A stretch of DNA of 64,000 nt from Lachnospiraceae bacterium (GTDB taxonomy: Bacteria > Bacillota > Clostridia > Lachnospirales > Lachnospiraceae), in contig JAFSGY010000075.1 in assembly GCA_017440575.1 (NCBI GenBank), positions 822 through 64,821 of the forward strand. The letters run 5' to 3'. Positions within the stretch are counted from its first letter, which is position 1. Each line of letters opens with the position of its first letter. The notes under the pieces were generated by a model. It was not told where the DNA came from. It did no database searches and worked only from the letters and a program-made list of their open reading frames with translations. Shown in pieces: positions 10,620 through 21,607 of this stretch. The translations under genes were made by a program, and so were the position numbers.

Positions 10620-11423
10620 ATGATGATGTGTGTTAAGTGTGGGACGAAATTGCCGAATAATGCAAAATTTTGCATAAACTGTGGAGAAGAGATTGTAGTA
10701 TGCAATGACGCAAAAAATGTTTATACATTAGGAAATGAAAATAATGTGGATTCTGTTGATATTAGGAGTATGAAAGAGTTGGAGCAAGAGGAAAAAAAGG
10801 CATCTTTACTAGAGAAAAGTCATATAGGAGAAAAAATGAATAAAATACAGAGAAAAAAAACAGAGTTAACAATTGTATTATTGTTAGTATCTATTGTTTT
10901 TCTTATGTTACCATGGGGATTGTTTCAAGTAGAATTTAGGAGAAATTATTTTAGCAGCAGTGGGAATATCAAAGGAATAGATATGATGTTGGAATCTCAT
11001 TTATCATACAGTATTGAGTATAAAATGCAGGCAGAGACGTTAATTGATATAGTAGGTCAAGTAATAGATTTTAGCGGGCGAGTTAGAGATATGGGGGATT
11101 TCGATTATGATGTTTGGGTGGGACATTATTTGTGGGAACCGATAGACATATTATGCTATGGACTAGGGGTTTTTGGATTTATAATTGCAATCTTCTTAGG
11201 TAAGAGTATATGCGTAATGAAGATTGCAAAAGAAAAAACATGTAGAGTATTATCTGTGGTAACATTTCTTTTATCACTTGCACTATACATATATGTGGGT
11301 ACTGAAAAGATAGTTCCTTGGGATGTAGAGTTTAGTGTAGTACCTTATCTGTATTTATTAATGGAATTGTGTGTATTGATAAGTATATTTATTAAATGTA
11401 AAAATAAGAGAAGAGACAGATAG
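10620..11423 (+). CDS. Zinc-ribbon multi-pass membrane protein
   Basis: CVKCG..FCINCG, about 4 hydrophobic segments. Confidence 0.75.
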   Translation: MMMCVKCGTKLPNNAKFCINCGEEIVVCNDAKNVYTLGNENNVDSVDIRSMKELEQEEKKASLLEKSHIGEKMNKIQRKKTELTIVLLLVSIVFLMLPWGLFQVEFRRNYFSSSGNIKGIDMMLESHLSYSIEYKMQAETLIDIVGQVIDFSGRVRDMGDFDYDVWVGHYLWEPIDILCYGLGVFGFIIAIFLGKSICVMKIAKEKTCRVLSVVTFLLSLALYIYVGTEKIVPWDVEFSVVPYLYLLMELCVLISIFIKCKNKRRDR

Positions 11424-11443
11424 AAGAGAAGGAGAATTTATAT

Positions 11444-12229
11444 ATGTTTTGCGGATTTTGTGGAAATGAAGTAAAAACCGAGGATTGTTTTTGTGGGAAG
11501 TGCGGAAATAAAATAAAAAATGAAACAAAAGAAATTATTTCATATAAAGCCAAGTTAGATAGAAAAGATGGAAGCAAAAGAAAAGTAATGATTTCTGCTA
11601 TGGCATTGGCAGTAGTAAGCGTAGTAAGTTTTGGTGTTTCAGGTGTACATACTATAAGTTTGATAAAAGAATCTCATAGATATCAAGTGGATGATTATTT
11701 TACGTCTAGTAATGTTATTTTTGATATTTTTTGTAATGATGGCTATAGTGTAGCATTTCCAACTCAAGAAGAGGAGACATTTCTATCTGGTCAAAATTTT
11801 TCTGAAGAGGCAGATACTAATGTACAAATAAGAGAAACGTATGGGAAAGAATTTTCAGAATACGGAAAAGTTATTGTGAGGGTAGTTGTGTATGGAGAAT
11901 CGTTTTTTAGTATAGATACGGAAGAATATGATGATGCAGTATCAGATTTTTATTCATTGTATTATGCGGGAAAAAATTCAATTAATGCGCCATATCCAAA
12001 TATAAGTGAAGATACATATTTTAAATATGGAGAATTGGATTATGCAGATGAAGGTGTTTTGGTTGCACATGCATCGTTTGAAACATTTGTTGGGAATGTA
12101 ATGGAAGTAAGGATGTTTATCCCGGTTATATATGATGAAAAAGAAGGCATTTTTTCATTTCCAGATGGTGTAGGCGATGATTTTAATAATGCATGTAATT
12201 ATATTTTAAAAAATTACTGTTATAAATAA
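11444..12229 (+). CDS. Zinc-ribbon single-pass membrane protein
   Basis: FCGFCG..FCGKCG, one TM, acidic C-terminal domain. Confidence 0.75.
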   Translation: MFCGFCGNEVKTEDCFCGKCGNKIKNETKEIISYKAKLDRKDGSKRKVMISAMALAVVSVVSFGVSGVHTISLIKESHRYQVDDYFTSSNVIFDIFCNDGYSVAFPTQEEETFLSGQNFSEEADTNVQIRETYGKEFSEYGKVIVRVVVYGESFFSIDTEEYDDAVSDFYSLYYAGKNSINAPYPNISEDTYFKYGELDYADEGVLVAHASFETFVGNVMEVRMFIPVIYDEKEGIFSFPDGVGDDFNNACNYILKNYCYK

Positions 12230-12479
12230 GTTGATTAATAGGCTGATTTTACATGAAAATGGATTAAGGTGTATTTGTGTAAAATTGTAATAAGTAGAAA
12301 AATGGTGGAAGGCTTTGCTAAAGAAGTGTTCCTCATTTTTATATGGATTAATTCACTTGTAAATTTCTTAGGGACGGTGAAGAAAAGAAAGGGCTTGTGG
12401 AAGAAAAAGAAAAATGGTAAAATTATTAAGACAATTTGTTGAATTTTTGCAATTTTTAAATAAATATATTTAGTAGAAT

Positions 12480-12548
12480 AGGTTACTTATACTTGAAAAG
12501 AGGTTATTCGTCAATTAATGACTTTTTTTGTAAGAGTAGAGATATAAT
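12480..12548 (+). promoter_or_regulatory. Tandem direct-repeat box plus -10 (putative LytTR-activated promoter)
   Basis: aggttacttat (12480) and aggttattcgt (12501), period 21 bp; TATAAT at 12543, 42 bp after repeat 2. Confidence 0.7.
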
Positions 12549-12616
12549 ATAGAAAATAGTAAATCATTATCATTACAATTTGTCATTAGGGCAATCCGAA
12601 AGGAATAGATACAAAT

Positions 12617-14176
12617 ATGAAAATAAGAAGAAATTATCAAAAAAATGTAATGTTAGTTTTAATCATTTTTTTGATGAGTAGTATCAAGTGCTTGGCAGAA
12701 GAAATGCCAATAATAATAGAAACGGTTACAAATGAAACAGATTTGTCAATTTATGTAAAAAACGCAGGAAATGATTTGTCTGAAATGACAGTTCAGATTG
12801 GTACTTCTGAAAGTGAACAGATAATTTATCAGAGTATAGAAGAGTCTGAATTTGAGACATTAATTTTAATAGATAATTCTTTATCCATTCCTCAAAATAT
12901 AAGAGGAAAAATATTGGAGTTTTTGAACAACTTCATAGAGAACAAGGCAGGAAATGAGAAAGTAGCAATAGGGGTATTTAGCAGAGATATTACATATCTG
13001 ACAGATTACACCAGTGACTATACTTTATTAAAGAATGCGGCAGAAGCTGTTACTTATCAGAATCAGGAAACGTACATAACAGATATGCTCTATGAGCTGT
13101 TATGTAGAGATTATATTGCGAAACCAAAGGATGTATACCGTAGAATCATTATCATTGCTGATGGCATAGATAACGAATCTTTAGGTTATACCACAGATGA
13201 ATTGAATCGGTTAATTGAGGAAGATACCTATCCAATATATGCAATAGGTTGTTCGACAGGCAAAAATAATCAGGAGTTGGAAAGTCTTTTTGCTTTATCC
13301 AGAATTAGTGATGCGGAGTATTTTTTATTGGATTCCAATGAAGACACAAGTGCTATAGTGAATGTGCTAAGTGAAGATAAGCAGATTGTGAAAGTTATGG
13401 TAACACCGCCAGCAGAGCTGATGGATGGGAGCACAAAGACGGTAAAGATTAATCTTTTGGCACAAAGTGTTTCCAGGGAAATGAAGATGCCTCAACAAAT
13501 AGAGCAAAAGGAGATTATCGAGTCAACGGAAAGTGAAGAAGAAATTAATGAGATGACAGAAGAAGCTGTCGAAGAGGTGTTAACAGAACAATTGACAGAA
13601 GAGGTAACGGTGGTAGAAGAGGATGAAGAAACATTACGAAAGACTGCCGCATTAAAAATTATTGTGTTTGTAATTGCTTTTTGGGTTGTTGTTATTGGTA
13701 TTATTATTACGTTTATTCTGATACGGCATTTTAAAAGAAAGAGTAAAAAAGAGAGAAATCAGACTCAAAACTTGATGGTACAAAGGGAAAAGGAATTAAA
13801 AGCAGCACTTGTAAATAGTTCCGGGGTGGTGGAAATAGGACAACAGCAACCGATAGCATATATCATGTTAACAGATGTCCATTCTCCTGCTAGAAGCTTC
13901 AGGGTACCATTTTATAGAAATGTTGTAATTGGACGAAGTGAAACGGTCTGTCAGATTGTAATAGATTACGATCAATCAGTGTCCGGAAGGCATTGCGAAA
14001 TCTACACAATAGGAAACAAGATTATGATAAAGGACTTGCAGTCATCTAATGGAACTTTTGTAAATGGAGGTAGGGTTTTCAGGGATACCGAGCTTATGTC
14101 AGGAAGTATCATTACTTTGGGTGGAGTGGAAATGCGATTTGAATTTCAACCATTGAGCAATTTTTCAAGAATCTAG
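12617..14176 (+). CDS. vWA (extracellular) - TM - FHA (cytoplasmic) protein
   Basis: Signal peptide; MIDAS LIDNSLS and IIADG; TM near aa 348-370; FHA motifs IGRS, VSGRH, SSNGT. Confidence 0.88.
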   Translation: MKIRRNYQKNVMLVLIIFLMSSIKCLAEEMPIIIETVTNETDLSIYVKNAGNDLSEMTVQIGTSESEQIIYQSIEESEFETLILIDNSLSIPQNIRGKILEFLNNFIENKAGNEKVAIGVFSRDITYLTDYTSDYTLLKNAAEAVTYQNQETYITDMLYELLCRDYIAKPKDVYRRIIIIADGIDNESLGYTTDELNRLIEEDTYPIYAIGCSTGKNNQELESLFALSRISDAEYFLLDSNEDTSAIVNVLSEDKQIVKVMVTPPAELMDGSTKTVKINLLAQSVSREMKMPQQIEQKEIIESTESEEEINEMTEEAVEEVLTEQLTEEVTVVEEDEETLRKTAALKIIVFVIAFWVVVIGIIITFILIRHFKRKSKKERNQTQNLMVQREKELKAALVNSSGVVEIGQQQPIAYIMLTDVHSPARSFRVPFYRNVVIGRSETVCQIVIDYDQSVSGRHCEIYTIGNKIMIKDLQSSNGTFVNGGRVFRDTELMSGSIITLGGVEMRFEFQPLSNFSRI

Positions 14177-14365
14177 AATATTTTTAAATAGCAGAACTTG
14201 CTTAATGACTTAGCGTAATAATTAGGGAATACATATGAAAAAGAAAAGTGAGGGGAGAGCAGTATTGGAGTAAGTATGTTTATGAAGAGCTACGCTATAA
14301 ATTGTTTTAAGAATTTTTAGGTAATTCAGAAATGTTTATAAATATATTTTTATGAGGAGGAAATT

Positions 14366-14758
14366 ATGGCATCATTAAAGGAATCATTTTCAAAAGGAAT
14401 TACAGCAATTAATGTAAAAACTAATAGTTTTATGGAGGAGTCCAAATGTAAGACTTATATTTCGACATTGGAGAAGGAAATTCAGGTTTTAAAGTTGAAT
14501 ATAGGTGAGATTGTATATAGTAAATCTGTAATAGGTGAGAGCTATGAAGAGGCTGTTGCAGAAATTGTTCAACAGATTACAGGAAAATATCAGGAGATTG
14601 AACAACAGAAGAAAGCAATTGAGCAGTTAGCAATTGAAGAAAAACAGATTTTGGGAACATCACAGACGGTAGAGTCTGTTAAGTTCTGCTCGCAGTGTGG
14701 TGCACAGAGTGCAGCAAATTATAAATTCTGTACTAAATGTGGTTCACCATTGAACTAA
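14366..14758 (+). CDS. Coiled-coil protein with C-terminal zinc ribbon
   Basis: FCSQCG..FCTKCG at C-terminus; GAGGAGG RBS. Confidence 0.8.
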   Translation: MASLKESFSKGITAINVKTNSFMEESKCKTYISTLEKEIQVLKLNIGEIVYSKSVIGESYEEAVAEIVQQITGKYQEIEQQKKAIEQLAIEEKQILGTSQTVESVKFCSQCGAQSAANYKFCTKCGSPLN

Positions 14759-14798
14759 ATAATAAATAAAAAACAAATGAGAATAGGAGAGAAATAAT

Positions 14799-16439
14799 AT
14801 GGCTTTTGATCCAATGACAGGAGAACCAATTGAAGAAAAGCAAGAAAATGGGTTACAGTTTGATCCGATGACAGGGGAGCCAATCGGTCAGCCGATGACA
14901 GTAGAACAGCCAATGGGTGGTTTTGATCCAATGACAGGGGAGCCAATCGGTCAGCCTACGGCAGTAGAACAGCCAATGGGTGGTTTTGATCCAATGACAG
15001 GGGAGCCAATCGGTCAGCCTACAGCAGCAGAACAGCCAATGGGTGGTTTTGATCCGATGACAGGGGAACCAATTGGTCAGGAAGCAGCACAAGTTAATGT
15101 TTCGACAAATAAAGCAATGATTGGAAAGAATAATAAATTGCCAATTATAATTGGAGCTATTGCAGGAGTTGCTGTGGTAATAGTGTTTGTTTTTGTAATC
15201 CTTTTTTCAGGAGTATTTGCAGGAAAGGCAGGAAAGGTTACTACTGCAATTAACAATACATTTAAGAAGAAACCACATTTTGTAGAAACATTAGAACCAT
15301 TAAACGTGATTGGTAAGGATAAGTATACAATCGCTATTTCAGGTGAAATAGATGATATTCAAATGAATGGCGAGGTAAGAATCAGCAATAAAGAAAAGCA
15401 GGTATCTGCAACGCTTGATTATGAGGATTATCCAAAGGTAGAGGCTCTTGCAAGCTTAGATGCTAATACATTAAAGGTAGAGATTCCTGCAATTTCAAAA
15501 AATGTATTTGTTTATAACTATAAGAAAAACAATACAGGATATCTGACAGAGATGCTTTCAGATGATGAAATAAATGCTATCAATGCGGTATTGGAAAGTA
15601 CAGCTGGCGGAAATGAAATTCCTGAAGAGATATATAATGACTTACAAGAGGTTATAAGTAAGGAGTTTAAAGCTCTTAAATTTACCAATGCTGAAAAGGA
15701 AGAGTATACCGTAGATGATAAGGATGTAACCTGTAAAGGATATATGGTAGCTATTACAGCAGATAATGTAATTAACGTAATCGATGGAATTGAAGAAGTT
15801 GTTAATAATAACTTAGAATCACTGATTGATAGTGAAATGATTGATGTTGAAGAACTTGCAACAGAGTTTGAAGATATAAGAGGGGAAGCGGAGTATATGG
15901 AGGATATAGAAGTTACTTTCTATATTTACAAGAATATGCTTGCCGCAGTTAAGGTTTACAGTGAAGATATGGATGACGAAGTAGAACTCTGCTTTGAAGG
16001 TGGAGACTACAGAGCACAGAATATGACATTAAAGATGGATTCTTATAGAATTCAGTTAAAAGGTGAAGATAGTGGTTCCAAGGAAGAGTTTACACTAAAA
16101 GCAAGATATGGAAGCGAAAGTGAAGAGATAGGAAGCTTAGAATATAACTATGAAAACGGAAAATTCTCTTTTGATATTGATGGAGAAAACGTTAGTGGAA
16201 GGCTTACAAAAGAGGGTTCAAGCGTGATTCTTAAGATTAATGAAATCAATACTTACTATGAAAGCTTATCACCAGATATTGAGATTGCATTTACTGAAGG
16301 TGCAAAGATGCAGAAGTTCAGTGGTAAGGAATTTGATTTTGGTAATGCAGATGAAGATGACTTTATGGACTTGGCTGAGGATATCCAAGATGAGATGCAA
16401 GACAGTGACCTGTATTACTTATTCGAGGATTTATTCTAG
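14799..16439 (+). CDS. Single-pass membrane protein with N-terminal FDPMTGEPI repeats
   Basis: Five FDPMTGEPI motifs, TM near aa 115-140, acidic beta-rich C-terminal region. Confidence 0.8.
   Translation: MAFDPMTGEPIEEKQENGLQFDPMTGEPIGQPMTVEQPMGGFDPMTGEPIGQPTAVEQPMGGFDPMTGEPIGQPTAAEQPMGGFDPMTGEPIGQEAAQVNVSTNKAMIGKNNKLPIIIGAIAGVAVVIVFVFVILFSGVFAGKAGKVTTAINNTFKKKPHFVETLEPLNVIGKDKYTIAISGEIDDIQMNGEVRISNKEKQVSATLDYEDYPKVEALASLDANTLKVEIPAISKNVFVYNYKKNNTGYLTEMLSDDEINAINAVLESTAGGNEIPEEIYNDLQEVISKEFKALKFTNAEKEEYTVDDKDVTCKGYMVAITADNVINVIDGIEEVVNNNLESLIDSEMIDVEELATEFEDIRGEAEYMEDIEVTFYIYKNMLAAVKVYSEDMDDEVELCFEGGDYRAQNMTLKMDSYRIQLKGEDSGSKEEFTLKARYGSESEEIGSLEYNYENGKFSFDIDGENVSGRLTKEGSSVILKINEINTYYESLSPDIEIAFTEGAKMQKFSGKEFDFGNADEDDFMDLAEDIQDEMQDSDLYYLFEDLF
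14805..15080 (+). repeat. Coding tandem repeat, mostly 60-bp period
   Basis: Unit ggttttgatccaatgacaggggagccaatcggtcagcctacggcagtagaacagccaatgggt; in frame. Confidence 0.9.
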
Positions 16440-16458
16440 AAGAAAGATAACCAAAATT

Positions 16459-16496
16459 AATGCTGAAAGAGCAGTTGCTCTTTCGGCGTTTTCTTT
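16459..16496 (+). terminator. Rho-independent terminator
   Basis: aatgctgaaagagca-gt-tgctctttcggcgtt followed by T-rich tract. Confidence 0.7.
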
Positions 16497-16537
16497 CCAT
16501 ACATATGGATAAATAAATGGTGAAGGAAGAGTAGCAT

Positions 16538-18574
16538 ATGCTAAGAGCGGGCATGATATTAGGAGGAACCTATCAAATTATAGAAGAAATTGGTTCCGGA
16601 GGTGGTGGAATTGTATATAGAGCAAGACATCTTCGACTTCAGACAGATGTGGTAGTAAAAAGAATTCGTGATGAAGTAAGAGGGAAGATACAATCCAGAC
16701 AGGAAGCAGATGTTTTAAAGAATTTAAAGCATCCATACCTTCCAAGAGTTTATGATTTTATAGAAACACCAGAAGCAGTATACACAGTCATGGATTTTAT
16801 TCCAGGCATTTCTCTTGATAAGGCTCTTGTCCAGTATGGCAGATTTGCTCCTAAACAGGTATTGCGTTGGGCACAGGAACTAGGGGAAGCGTTGGCTTAT
16901 CTACATAATCAGAATCCACCGATTATTCATTCGGATATTAAACCGGCTAATATTATTGTGACACCGGATGGACATATCTGTCTCATAGACTTCAATATTT
17001 CTATTGTCATTGATTCAGCGATGAAAGCGACATTGGGAATTAGTGCAGGATATTCTTCACCGGAGCAATATCGGGATGTTCAGCAGATACAAACTTATTA
17101 TAATACAGGGGGGATGTCTCAGGTAACCATTACCATTGACAGACGTTCCGATATATATAGTCTTGGCTGTGTATTATATCATTTATTGGCAGGATTTCCA
17201 CCGGGAAATAATTTTAATACACGAATGTCAGCAGAAGAGATACCTGGTATAAGCGAAGGGTTAGCTTTTATCATAGATAAAATGATAGAATATGATTCAA
17301 ATGACCGTTATCAAAACGGTCAAGAATATCTTATGGCAATCAATAATTGTTATAAATTAGATAGACGTTACATTATGCATATGAGAAAAGAAAAAGCATT
17401 ATTTGTAACTTCTTTAGTATTTTTTTTCATTGGTTCTTTGTTGATTGGTTTTGGAATCACACAGTGTGGAAAGGAAAGGGAGCAGAATTATCAGGCATTG
17501 TTGCTTGAGGGAGAGGAAATAGCGGAAAAAGGAAATTATGAAAAAGCTATTGATGCTATGGTTCTTCTTGAGGAAGAATATAAGAGTAGGGTCGAGGCAT
17601 ACGAAAGGGAACTTTATTATTATTATCAGGCAGGACATTATCAGGAATGTGCAGATAGAGGAAACGATATCATTGCATTGCAGTTGATAGAAATTACAAA
17701 TGACTCCCAAAAGGAGACAGTGGGTGATATCTTTTATTTGATAGCTAATTCATATTATGAATTGGAAGATTACAGTAAAGCAGAAAAAGCCATGGAGAAT
17801 GCTTTGGAATACAATGAGACAAATAATTTATATTTTCGCGATTATTGTATTATTCTGGCTAAGCAGGGTGAACTATTTCAAGCGGAAGATGCTTTAAAAA
17901 AGGCTGTTGAATTGAATTTGGAAGATGATTCTATACATTATGCAGAGGGAGAGCTTTGCGTAGTAAGAAAACAGATAGAGGAAGCCATTGAGCATTTTAA
18001 AACTACGATAGAAATCACGGATGATGAGATTTTACAAAAACGTGCTGTACTGTTATGTGCAACGGCATTACGTGATAACAATCGTATAGATGAGGAAGTC
18101 CAGCTGTTAGAAATGGCAAGAAATCAGATCGATAATCAGGCCAAAATGGTGATTACAGAATATCTTGCGGATGCTTATATGCGTCAAGGGGATGCGTATC
18201 CTGATTTAGTGGTTAATTATAATCAGAAAGCGTTAACACTCTTTCAAGAGTTGATGCAAAACGGTTACGTAACATATCAATTACAAGAAAATATGGCTAT
18301 TTTATATGAAGAAAATAAAGACTTTGAAATGGCTAAGTCTGTATTGCTGAAACTTGCAGGAGAATATCCAGGAAATTACAGAGTGTATAAAAGACTTGCA
18401 TTTCTTGAAGCGGACAGGCAGCAGTATTATAACAATAGCCAGCGTAATTATAGTGCAATGAAGGAGTATTATGATAAGTGCAAAGAGCTATACGAAGAGC
18501 AGGATGTAGAAGATTCAGAAGTACTTATGTTGGATAATATGATTCGTGATTTGCAAACTGGTGGTTGGTTATAA
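16538..18574 (+). CDS. Hanks-type Ser/Thr kinase with TM and C-terminal TPR region
   Basis: GSGGGG, VVVK, HSDIKPAN, IDFN, YSSPE, SDIYSLG; TM near aa 288-307; TPR-like helices. Confidence 0.92.
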   Translation: MLRAGMILGGTYQIIEEIGSGGGGIVYRARHLRLQTDVVVKRIRDEVRGKIQSRQEADVLKNLKHPYLPRVYDFIETPEAVYTVMDFIPGISLDKALVQYGRFAPKQVLRWAQELGEALAYLHNQNPPIIHSDIKPANIIVTPDGHICLIDFNISIVIDSAMKATLGISAGYSSPEQYRDVQQIQTYYNTGGMSQVTITIDRRSDIYSLGCVLYHLLAGFPPGNNFNTRMSAEEIPGISEGLAFIIDKMIEYDSNDRYQNGQEYLMAINNCYKLDRRYIMHMRKEKALFVTSLVFFFIGSLLIGFGITQCGKEREQNYQALLLEGEEIAEKGNYEKAIDAMVLLEEEYKSRVEAYERELYYYYQAGHYQECADRGNDIIALQLIEITNDSQKETVGDIFYLIANSYYELEDYSKAEKAMENALEYNETNNLYFRDYCIILAKQGELFQAEDALKKAVELNLEDDSIHYAEGELCVVRKQIEEAIEHFKTTIEITDDEILQKRAVLLCATALRDNNRIDEEVQLLEMARNQIDNQAKMVITEYLADAYMRQGDAYPDLVVNYNQKALTLFQELMQNGYVTYQLQENMAILYEENKDFEMAKSVLLKLAGEYPGNYRVYKRLAFLEADRQQYYNNSQRNYSAMKEYYDKCKELYEEQDVEDSEVLMLDNMIRDLQTGGWL

Positions 18575-18605
18575 GTGTGTTCAGATAGAAAGCAGGGTAA
18601 CAGAT

Positions 18606-18734
18606 ATGGGTGTATTATTGATAATGATGGGCGCAATATGTGTAATGATGTCTATTATTATATTTATTTTATATCTTACCATGGGAAAAGCTGTTGGTAA
18701 GAAACTGATGAGAAGATTGAAAGATGAGTATTAG
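18606..18734 (+). CDS. Small single-TM protein (42 aa)
   Basis: Hydrophobic stretch plus basic tail; fills the gap in the operon. Confidence 0.5.
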   Translation: MGVLLIMMGAICVMMSIIIFILYLTMGKAVGKKLMRRLKDEY

Positions 18735-18764
18735 AGATACAGTTGATAAGAAACGGAGACTACC

Positions 18765-19913
18765 ATGAAAAAAAAGACAGGTATCATTATTATTTTTATT
18801 CTGTTATTTCTGTTGTTAATTGGAATCAATGGCGGTATGTTATTCATGTATTTGAATAGTCCTTCCGTGAAAGCAGAAAGGCAGTTAGCAAAGGGACAAG
18901 AATACTTTGAGAATGAACAATATGAGGAAGCGATACAGGCATATAAAGAAGCACTTATAGAAGATGAGATGAATGTAGCAGCGTACAAAGGGCTTACTCA
19001 GGCATATAAAGCAACAGGTGAGATAATCAAAGCACGAGATACGATGGATAAGGGATATAGATTGACTCAGGATGAAGCTTTAGCAGAAGCAATTACCGTG
19101 ATTACATGGGAAGAGGCAGGAAAAAAGGATAAAGAGATTGAGTGGAAAGATTATGGAGTAGAGCAAGCTGTTCGTCAAATGACAGGAATAGAGGATCGTG
19201 AGATCATGTTAAGTGATATATGGGAGATTTCTGATTTTTATTTATATGAAACCAATATTTCTGATTTAACAGATTTGGAAGATTTGCCAAATATTACAAG
19301 TCTCCATTTATACAATAGCCAGATAACAGATCTGGAGATGCTTAAAAGTTTTAAGAATTTGGAAAAATTATATCTTGCAGATAACCATATTACAAATTTA
19401 GAACCGTTAGAAAAGTTAACTAATCTTGTTTGGCTGGATGTCAGCAACAATGAGATAGAGAATATTGAATCTTTAAAAAAAATAAAGAGTTTGAAACACT
19501 TAGATTTAAGTGATAACAGAATAACAAATATTGAAGCGTTAGAGCGGTTGACAGATTTAGAGTATCTTAATTTGAACAATAATACAATATCAGATATAAC
19601 AGTGCTTAAGAAAATGAAACAAATGGATACCTTGTATCTAGAAAATATGTATATATATGATATAAGTATTTTATCGTCAATGGAAAGTCTGAGAAGATTA
19701 AGTCTTGCAGGAAATTATGATATTGAAGATTATACAGTTTTAGAAGAAGTAGCAAATTTGGAAGAGTTAAATCTTTCATATACAAACATATATGATTTGA
19801 GTGTACTTGTCAGTTTGCATAAATTGACTTATTTGGATATATCAGGGACAAATGTGACAGATGTGTCATTTGTTTCACAGATTGAATATTTGAAAAGTAG
19901 TACTATGAGGTAG
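18765..19913 (+). CDS. TM-TPR protein with leucine-rich repeats
   Basis: TM, TPR (GQEYFENEQYEEAIQAY), about ten 22-aa LxxLxLxxNxIxxL repeats (internalin-like). Confidence 0.9.
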   Translation: MKKKTGIIIIFILLFLLLIGINGGMLFMYLNSPSVKAERQLAKGQEYFENEQYEEAIQAYKEALIEDEMNVAAYKGLTQAYKATGEIIKARDTMDKGYRLTQDEALAEAITVITWEEAGKKDKEIEWKDYGVEQAVRQMTGIEDREIMLSDIWEISDFYLYETNISDLTDLEDLPNITSLHLYNSQITDLEMLKSFKNLEKLYLADNHITNLEPLEKLTNLVWLDVSNNEIENIESLKKIKSLKHLDLSDNRITNIEALERLTDLEYLNLNNNTISDITVLKKMKQMDTLYLENMYIYDISILSSMESLRRLSLAGNYDIEDYTVLEEVANLEELNLSYTNIYDLSVLVSLHKLTYLDISGTNVTDVSFVSQIEYLKSSTMR

Positions 19914-19921
19914 AGAATATA

Positions 19922-21541
19922 ATGAAAAGAGGAAAAAAAATCTTAATTTTTGTTATCTCAATATTGGTTATATTGTTGATAGTGGTTAATATTTTTTTAT
20001 ATTTATATATGAATCAGCCTTCCAAGAAAGCCAAACAGCAGTTGGATTTAGGTCAACAGTATCTGTTGAGTATGGATTATGAAGAAGCAATTGCAGCATA
20101 TGAGATAGCAATTGAATTAGAACCTAAAAATACAGAGGCTTATCTTGGTATGGCACAGGCTTATATTGCAATGGGAGAGTCTCAAAAGGCTATCAAAATT
20201 TTAAAAAGAGGTTATCTGGAAACAGAGGATGAAGAAATAAAAGAACTTCTTAGTGAATTAGAGGAGGAACAAAATCGGGAAGAGGTAGATTTAAGTATTG
20301 TTCAGATAGATACTAGTGAGTTTCCGAATATTACAGTTTATTTCTCACTAGAGGATATGGCAGGAAATTTTATAGATGATGTACAACCGGAACAGGTGAA
20401 GGTTTTGGAATCAAATGGTACTGACTGGGTAGAGATGTCGGGAAATATTCAGTTTACGGAAAAGGATGTTTCTAAGAGATCGGTTTCCTTGGTTATGGAT
20501 ACAAGTGGTAGTATGGACGGCTCTATTAATGATTTGTGCTGGGCGGCGCAGGAATTGCTTACACACATGCAGGGCGGAAACTATAATGTGGCATTAACTA
20601 CTTTCAGTAATACTTGGAATACAATATATAATTTTACGAATGATATTTCGGCAGTCAGTGACGAATTGAATTATATGTATGCAAGTGGTGGAACTGCATT
20701 ATATGATACCTTGGAGAATTGTTTACATCAGGCTGTTAACCAACAGGGGCAGAAATACATATTAGCTTTTACCGATGGATTAGACAATGATAGTAGAATT
20801 GGAAAGGATGAATTAATATCTTTAGCAAAGTATTATAATGTACCTATTTATATCATAGCAGCTATGGAGGAGAATAGAACATATGAAATGAAAGAGATTG
20901 CTTTAGAGAGTGGCGGTGAATTTTATTCTTTATACTCTATGGACAATTTGTATGATGTGTACTATGAAATTTTTCAGCTGCAGGAAAATTTATACTCTTT
21001 CGAATATACAACAATGCAGTCAAACAGCGAATGTGGTTTAAGGGTAGTATATGAATCCAAAAAATATGGTGGTGAATCGGAAGGTGACTTTATTAGCCAA
21101 AAGCCGATTAAGCGAGAGATGATTAATAATAATGTAATTGTCAATGCAGAATCTTCATCTGCTTTACAAGAGCATCCATTAGAAAATGCATTTGATTCAT
21201 CAGAAAATACAATGTGGATCGAAGGGATAAGAGGAAATGGTATTGGGGAAACCATTCATATTACATTAGATGAAATGCATGGAGTGAATGGTATCACAAT
21301 TTATAATGGTAATAGAACTAAAAGCGATTTATACGAAAAATATAATCGAATAAAAACAATTCAAGTTACTTTTTCAGATGGATCACAAAGGCAATTTGAA
21401 CTGGATGATAATTTTTATGAGCCTTGTGATATCAACTTTATCAACCCGGTCAAGACGAATTTTTTAGAAATAAAGATTTTAGAAGTATATGAGGGTACTA
21501 CATATCAGGAAACCTGTATTACGGATATTAGTATTAATTAG
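19922..21541 (+). CDS. TM-TPR protein with vWA and discoidin-like glycan-binding domain
   Basis: TPR (GQQYLLSMDYEEAIAAY); MIDAS VMDTSGS, GGTALYD, AFTDG; C-terminal NAFD..T.W.EG..GE, ILEVYEG..TCITDI. Confidence 0.88.
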   Translation: MKRGKKILIFVISILVILLIVVNIFLYLYMNQPSKKAKQQLDLGQQYLLSMDYEEAIAAYEIAIELEPKNTEAYLGMAQAYIAMGESQKAIKILKRGYLETEDEEIKELLSELEEEQNREEVDLSIVQIDTSEFPNITVYFSLEDMAGNFIDDVQPEQVKVLESNGTDWVEMSGNIQFTEKDVSKRSVSLVMDTSGSMDGSINDLCWAAQELLTHMQGGNYNVALTTFSNTWNTIYNFTNDISAVSDELNYMYASGGTALYDTLENCLHQAVNQQGQKYILAFTDGLDNDSRIGKDELISLAKYYNVPIYIIAAMEENRTYEMKEIALESGGEFYSLYSMDNLYDVYYEIFQLQENLYSFEYTTMQSNSECGLRVVYESKKYGGESEGDFISQKPIKREMINNNVIVNAESSSALQEHPLENAFDSSENTMWIEGIRGNGIGETIHITLDEMHGVNGITIYNGNRTKSDLYEKYNRIKTIQVTFSDGSQRQFELDDNFYEPCDINFINPVKTNFLEIKILEVYEGTTYQETCITDISIN

Positions 21542-21607
21542 TGTCTAATGATTAGTATGAGGAACAGTTCATCTTTCGTGAGAAGTTGAAGGTGGTGTTG
21601 GAAAGGA

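Noticed and set aside
14805-15080. Possible CRISPR array
   Set aside because: Spacers are near-identical, the period is a multiple of 3 inside an ORF, and there are no cas genes.
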